A stretch of 63,958 bases of DNA, filler included, from Deltaproteobacteria bacterium (GTDB lineage: Bacteria > JAUYMQ01): assembly GCA_030698575.1 (NCBI GenBank). It is 6 parts of 6 records of this genome, joined end to end, with 100 filler letters (N's around TTAATTAATTAA, not from the genome) between each part and the next. Parts side by side here need not be neighbours in the genome. Positions count along the whole stretch, not along the records: positions 56,196 to 61,357 come from JAUYMQ010000170.1; positions 61,458 to 63,958 come from JAUYMQ010000577.1; 4 more parts are not named here. The stretch is one strand, 5' to 3'. Under the pieces are notes generated by a model. It was not told where the DNA came from. It ran no database searches and worked only from the letters and a program-made list of their open reading frames with translations. Position numbers and translations under genes: made by a program. Within the stretch, counting starts at the first letter, position 1; each line of letters starts with the position of its first letter. Positions 60,356 to 63,958 of this stretch are shown piece by piece.

Positions 60356-61122
60356 GTCAATCCGATCGTCGCGAGGTCCTTCTCGCCGACGATGCGGCAG
60401 CGCCGCACGCGGAACTTGCCGTCCGTCGCGGTTGGAATCGCGGCGATGTCGGCGGCAACGAACTCGGCGATCAGGATGCGGTAGCCGTCTCGCCACTCAC
60501 GCATACACCAGTCGAGCGTGGCGAGATTGATGCCGGCCGCGCACTGGAGCGTGGCGTCGGTGTTGGCGTTGGATACGGAGTACTCCTCGCCAATCGCGTA
60601 GGTGATGCCGCCGTTGAATGGGCCAACGCCGTCCCCCGTGACCAGCTTGTAGGCCCAGATTGGGCCGGGCTGGTCCATCAGCATCAGGAGCGGCGTGACG
60701 CGATAGGCGTTGAGATTCTTGGCGTCCCTGAGGTCGGCGTCCCTGAGGTCGGCGCCCCCGAGGTTGGCGTCCCTGAGGTCGGCGCCCCTGAGGTCGGCGT
60801 CCCTGAGGTCGGCGCCCCCGAGGTCGGCGCCCCTGAGGTTGGCGTCCCTGAGGTCGGCGCCCCTGAGGTCGGCGTCCCTGAGGTCGGCGCCCCTGAGGTC
60901 GGCGTCCCTGAGGTCGGCGTCCCTGAGGTCGGCGCCCCTGAGGTCGGCGCCCCCGAGGTTGGCGTCCCTGAGGTCGGCGCCCCTGAGGTCGGCGTCCCTG
61001 AGGTCGGCGCCCCCGAGGTCGGCGGGAGATTTCACGGCGGCTTCGAGCGCGATTTTCCACGAACCGACGTCGGCCGCGAAGAGCACCGACGCGTCGTATC
61101 TCGACCTGATTTCGATCTTCAC
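60352..61122 (-). CDS. pentapeptide-repeat protein with phage C-terminal domain
   Basis: GTG start after GAGGAGG; about 20 A(D/N)L(R/G)(D/G) repeats; C-terminal CAAGIN...DGKFRV. Confidence 0.88.
   Translation of the reverse strand: MKIEIRSRYDASVLFAADVGSWKIALEAAVKSPADLGGADLRDADLRGADLRDANLGGADLRGADLRDADLRDADLRGADLRDADLRGADLRDANLRGADLGGADLRDADLRGADLRDANLGGADLRDADLRDAKNLNAYRVTPLLMLMDQPGPIWAYKLVTGDGVGPFNGGITYAIGEEYSVSNANTDATLQCAAGINLATLDWCMREWRDGYRILIAEFVAADIAAIPTATDGKFRVRRCRIVGEKDLATIGLT
60721..61020. repeat. 15-bp tandem repeat x20 (coding)
   Basis: GGCG(T/C)CCC(T/C)GAGGT(C/T) units. Confidence 0.95.
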
Positions 61123-61226
61123 CGTTTCCTCCTCGCCTGCCGATCCATGAGCCACACGATCGCCGCCAGCGTGACGAACCAGCCCGCGATGGCGCCCGTG
61201 GCGAACCACACGAGGCGCAGGGTCAC
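61119..61226 (-). CDS. 35-aa single-TM peptide
   Basis: [39 protein letters not shown] overlaps at both ends. Confidence 0.5.
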   Translation of the reverse strand: MTLRLVWFATGAIAGWFVTLAAIVWLMDRQARRKR

Positions 61227-61309
61227 CACGGCGTCAACATGCCCAACAGGGCGGAGTACGCCGCGCAGCCGACGAGGATCACGGCCATGCCGAGAAGGGC
61301 GGATTTCAT
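61223..61309 (-). CDS. 28-aa hydrophobic peptide
   Basis: [32 protein letters not shown] overlap. Confidence 0.45.
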   Translation of the reverse strand: MKSALLGMAVILVGCAAYSALLGMLTPW

Positions 61310-61357
61310 CGCGGCTCCATCGCCTCGGCCAGTTCCGGGCATTCTGATTCGAGCACC

Positions 61358-61457
61358 NNNNNNNNNNNNNNNNNNNNNNNNNNNNNNNNNNNNNNNNNNN
61401 NTTAATTAATTAANNNNNNNNNNNNNNNNNNNNNNNNNNNNNNNNNNNNNNNNNNNN
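61358..61457. other. artificial contig spacer
   Basis: N run with central TTAATTAATTAA. Confidence 0.98.
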
Positions 61458-61480
61458 GGCCCTGGGATCGACGAAGTTCC

Positions 61481-62968
61481 TCATCCCGCCAGCCAGCCCT
61501 GACGCTTGTCGAGCAACGCGCCCAGCAACTCGCCCGCCCAGCGATAGATGTTCCACTCGCGGACCTGCTCGCGCAGCCGGGACATCCGCATCTGCCGCTC
61601 CGCGACCGGCATCGCCAGCGCGAGGGCGAGCGTGTCCGCCGTCCCGGCCACGTCGTACGGATTGACGAGGAGCGCTTGGGGCAGCTCCCGAGCCGCCCCG
61701 GTGAATTCCGAGAGCAGGAGCGTCCCGTCTCCGTCGCGGCGCGCGGCGACGTATTCCTTGGCCACGAGGTTCATGCCGTCGTGGAGCGAGGTGACCATGA
61801 GGCAGTCGGCGATCCGGTACAGGGCGAGGATGCCGGCTTGCGAGAGCCGCTCCTCCAAGAGGAGCACGGGGGCCCGCCCGCGGGCGGCGTGGCGCCGGTT
61901 GATCCGGTGGACCGCGCGCTGGATGCGCCGCCCGAGCGAACGGTAGGCCGAGATACGGGTGCGACTCGGGATGCCCGCCTGGACGAACAGGAAGCGACCG
62001 GCCCATTCGGGGTGGAGCGTGAGGAATCGGTCCACGGCGAGGAGCCGATCGGGGATGCCCTTCGTGTAATCGAAGCGATCGAGGCCGAGGGCGATCCGCT
62101 CGTGGACCAGTCCGTAGCGCTCCCGGAGCCTGACCATCTCCCGCGCGACGGCTTCCGACCCCGCCTCGGCCTCTATGTGCTCGGCGTCCACGCTGATGGG
62201 GAACGGGCGCACCAGGGTCGTATGGCCCCGGTACGTGACCGACGAGCGCTCACGGTCCACCCTCGCCTCCAGCTCTCGGGCCACCGTGTCCAGGAAGTTG
62301 TCGCAGTGGTAGCGGATGTGGAAGCCGAGCAGATCGTTGGCAAGAAGTCCGTCCAGCAGCTCGCGCTTCCACGGACAAATGCGGAAGACCTCGGGTGCCG
62401 GCCACGGGATATGCCAGAAATGCGCGAGCGTGATGTCTGGCCGCTGCGAGCGGAGCAGGCGAGGCACCAGGGCGAGGTGGTAGTCGTGGATCCAGACGGC
62501 GGCAGGCCCGGACAGTTCCTCGAGCACGGTTTGGCAGAACCGCTCGTTCACGGAGCGATAGTGTTCCCAGTCCTTGGGGCGAAAGGTCGGGCGGATGTAG
62601 GCGATGTGGCAGAGCGGCCACAGCGTCTCGTTGGCATACCCGTAGTAATACCCCTGCTCTTCTTCCTTGGTCAGCCAGACGCGGCGGAGCGTGTAGCGTG
62701 GATCGTCGGGCGGCACCATGACACGCCCGTCCACGTCCACGGCCTTCCGATCGGCCCCGCCGGCACCATGGGCGATCCAGGTGCCCCCTGTCGCCTGCAG
62801 GATCGGATCGAGCGCAGTGACCAGGCCGCTCGCCGGACGTGTCCAGCGGAGGCCAGTGCCGTCCATCTCGTGGAGGTACGGCTCTCGGTTCGACACTACG
62901 AAGAGCGACGCATCGCCGAGCCGCTGATCAACGAGCTCCCTGACCGCGTTCGCGGTCCATTGATGCAT
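61481..62968 (-). CDS. otsA: trehalose-6-phosphate synthase (GT20)
   Basis: VSNREP, SGLVTAL, LWPLCH, WIHDYHL, FWHIPWP, DRFDYTKG, DGMNLVAKEY, LSEFTGAA. Confidence 0.94.
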   Translation of the reverse strand: MHQWTANAVRELVDQRLGDASLFVVSNREPYLHEMDGTGLRWTRPASGLVTALDPILQATGGTWIAHGAGGADRKAVDVDGRVMVPPDDPRYTLRRVWLTKEEEQGYYYGYANETLWPLCHIAYIRPTFRPKDWEHYRSVNERFCQTVLEELSGPAAVWIHDYHLALVPRLLRSQRPDITLAHFWHIPWPAPEVFRICPWKRELLDGLLANDLLGFHIRYHCDNFLDTVARELEARVDRERSSVTYRGHTTLVRPFPISVDAEHIEAEAGSEAVAREMVRLRERYGLVHERIALGLDRFDYTKGIPDRLLAVDRFLTLHPEWAGRFLFVQAGIPSRTRISAYRSLGRRIQRAVHRINRRHAARGRAPVLLLEERLSQAGILALYRIADCLMVTSLHDGMNLVAKEYVAARRDGDGTLLLSEFTGAARELPQALLVNPYDVAGTADTLALALAMPVAERQMRMSRLREQVREWNIYRWAGELLGALLDKRQGWLAG

Positions 62969-62988
62969 GGTGTCAAGCCTCCTTGTGT

Positions 62989-63408
62989 CTAGCGCGCGGT
63001 CCCGCCTTCAGCGAGGGCCCGGAGCGCTCCGAGCAGCGCCGCGACACTGAATGGCTTCTCGATGTAGCCCGTCGCCCCCCGGCGCAGCGCCTCGGCTCGC
63101 ACCTCCGGGCCGCCGAACGCCGTGATCACGATCACGGGGATCGACGGGTGCCGGCGGGTGAGATACGATAGCAGGTCGAGACCGTTGGCGCCCGGCATCT
63201 CCTTGTCCAGCACGATGACCGCCGGGTGCAGCGACTCGAGGGCGACGACGACGCCTTCGCCTCCCGCCTCCTCGTGTATATGAAAGCCCTCGCTCGTGAG
63301 GAAGTCTCGGAGCACCGCGCGCATCTCTCCGTCATCATCGATGACCATGACGACGGGAGCAGGCTGCGGATCCCGGCTCTCTTCGCGCGGACACTCTACG
63401 TGTGACAT
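62989..63408 (-). CDS. single-domain response regulator (receiver)
   Basis: VIDDD, VLDKEMPG..G, ITAFG, EKPF; start uncertain. Confidence 0.88.
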   Translation of the reverse strand: MSHVECPREESRDPQPAPVVMVIDDDGEMRAVLRDFLTSEGFHIHEEAGGEGVVVALESLHPAVIVLDKEMPGANGLDLLSYLTRRHPSIPVIVITAFGGPEVRAEALRRGATGYIEKPFSVAALLGALRALAEGGTAR

Positions 63409-63421
63409 CGCGTGATACATT

Positions 63422-63437
63422 TGCAAGCGCCGGGCCA
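63422..63437 (-). promoter_or_regulatory. sigma54-like -24/-12 promoter
   Basis: minus strand TGGCCCG-GCGC-TTGCA, versus consensus TGGCACG-N4-TTGC(A/T). Confidence 0.7.
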
Positions 63438-63870
63438 GGCATGCGAGCAGATCGGATGGGCAAGCAGTTGTGAACAGTGAAGCTGTTGGAGGGTTTGCCG
63501 CGAGAAATGGGCGATCTACGGCGAAGGTGGCGCACGACAACATGTCGCCGGCGCGACACCCTGTCGGCGGACCCCGAGACCCTGGGCCGGGAAGGAAGGC
63601 CGACGGCGAATTACTGCGTGACCTCAATCAGGAGAGAGGTAGGCCCAAAGGCGCTGGGTAATGAGCACGTTCTGCCGGAATGATGTGGGAAGCCTCGCCC
63701 TTCCTCCGATCGAGCTGCGGACTCGGCACGACTACGCTCCCCACGCACAGGAATGAGATCGGAGAGCGCCACACACGGTCTTCTTCTTGCACGTCGTCTG
63801 ATCTCCAAGAGTGAACTGAAGCCGGACAGACCAACCACGCCGCGCGGCTAGCCACAGCTAGCCAGGGAGA

Positions 63871-63958
63871 ATGACCATGTCAGCATCTGACCCCGAGACC
63901 CCCGGCGGGACCCGCTGGCCACCGCCCGAACTCGAACGCACGCTCCGGGAGCTGCGGG
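63871..63958 (+). CDS. hypothetical protein (start only, runs off window)
   Basis: GGGAGA before ATG ACC ATG; open to window end. Confidence 0.35.
   Translation, partial: MTMSASDPETPGGTRWPPPELERTLRELR

Larger units (their letters stand above)
56196..61357 (-). mobile_element. phage/prophage early-recombination region (fragment)
   Basis: co-oriented, ATGA-coupled small ORFs; Cas4-like exonuclease, homing endonuclease, pentapeptide protein. Confidence 0.8.

Noticed and set aside
60721-61020. Regular repeat array as a CRISPR
   Set aside because: No unique spacers; it is an in-frame pentapeptide coding repeat. The Cas4-like gene on the same contig has no cas1/cas2 beside it and fits a phage exonuclease.
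11183-61457. Five identical N/TTAATTAATTAA blocks and apparent gene neighbourhoods across them
   Set aside because: These are artificial joins with stops in all frames. Contigs may come from different organisms, so no cross-spacer linkage was inferred.

Overview
The window is not one locus. It is six high-GC bacterial contigs joined by 100-nt N spacers that carry TTAATTAATTAA (11183-11282, 32913-33012, 50950-51049, 56096-56195, 61358-61457). Contig 1 (1-11182): dapL-like aminotransferase, folK, transaldolase, and a FadR-type TetR/acyl-CoA dehydrogenase/etfBA/ETF-QO cluster with a clear operator palindrome. Contig 2 (11283-32912): SGNH plus three alkaline-phosphatase/sulfatase-superfamily genes, pyrE, GAF-GGDEF, LMW-PTP, gpsA, and a complex I operon nuoA-C-D-E-F-G-H-J-K-L-M-N that lacks nuoB and nuoI. 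Contig 3 (33013-50949, probably Gemmatimonadota-like, by inference): ECF/anti-sigma, VIT1, leuS and an MCP, then an ~11 kb accessory island. In the island, lower-GC conflict genes (MNT-HepT, DUF5131, a solo S8 protease, IS110, an orphan Rhs toxin/immunity pair, an NTase plus HEPN-like pair, an E2-like/SEC-C protein with a nested peptide ORF) are separated by a recurring module: REP-like element + fragment of one hypothetical gene + conserved hairpin. This repeat-delimited cassette array with no visible integrase, and the E2-like locus, are the best candidates for undescribed systems. Contig 4 (51050-56095): nadA, an internally deleted SnoaL gene, REC-GGDEF-EAL, solo ParB-like, thioredoxin-like. 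Contig 5 (56196-61357): phage early/recombination region (Cas4-like nuclease, LAGLIDADG endonuclease, putative annealase, pentapeptide protein, many small coupled ORFs). Contig 6 (61458-63958): receiver-domain gene and otsA behind a sigma54-like promoter. No tRNA, rRNA or CRISPR array was recognised. All family calls come from motif recognition, not database searches.
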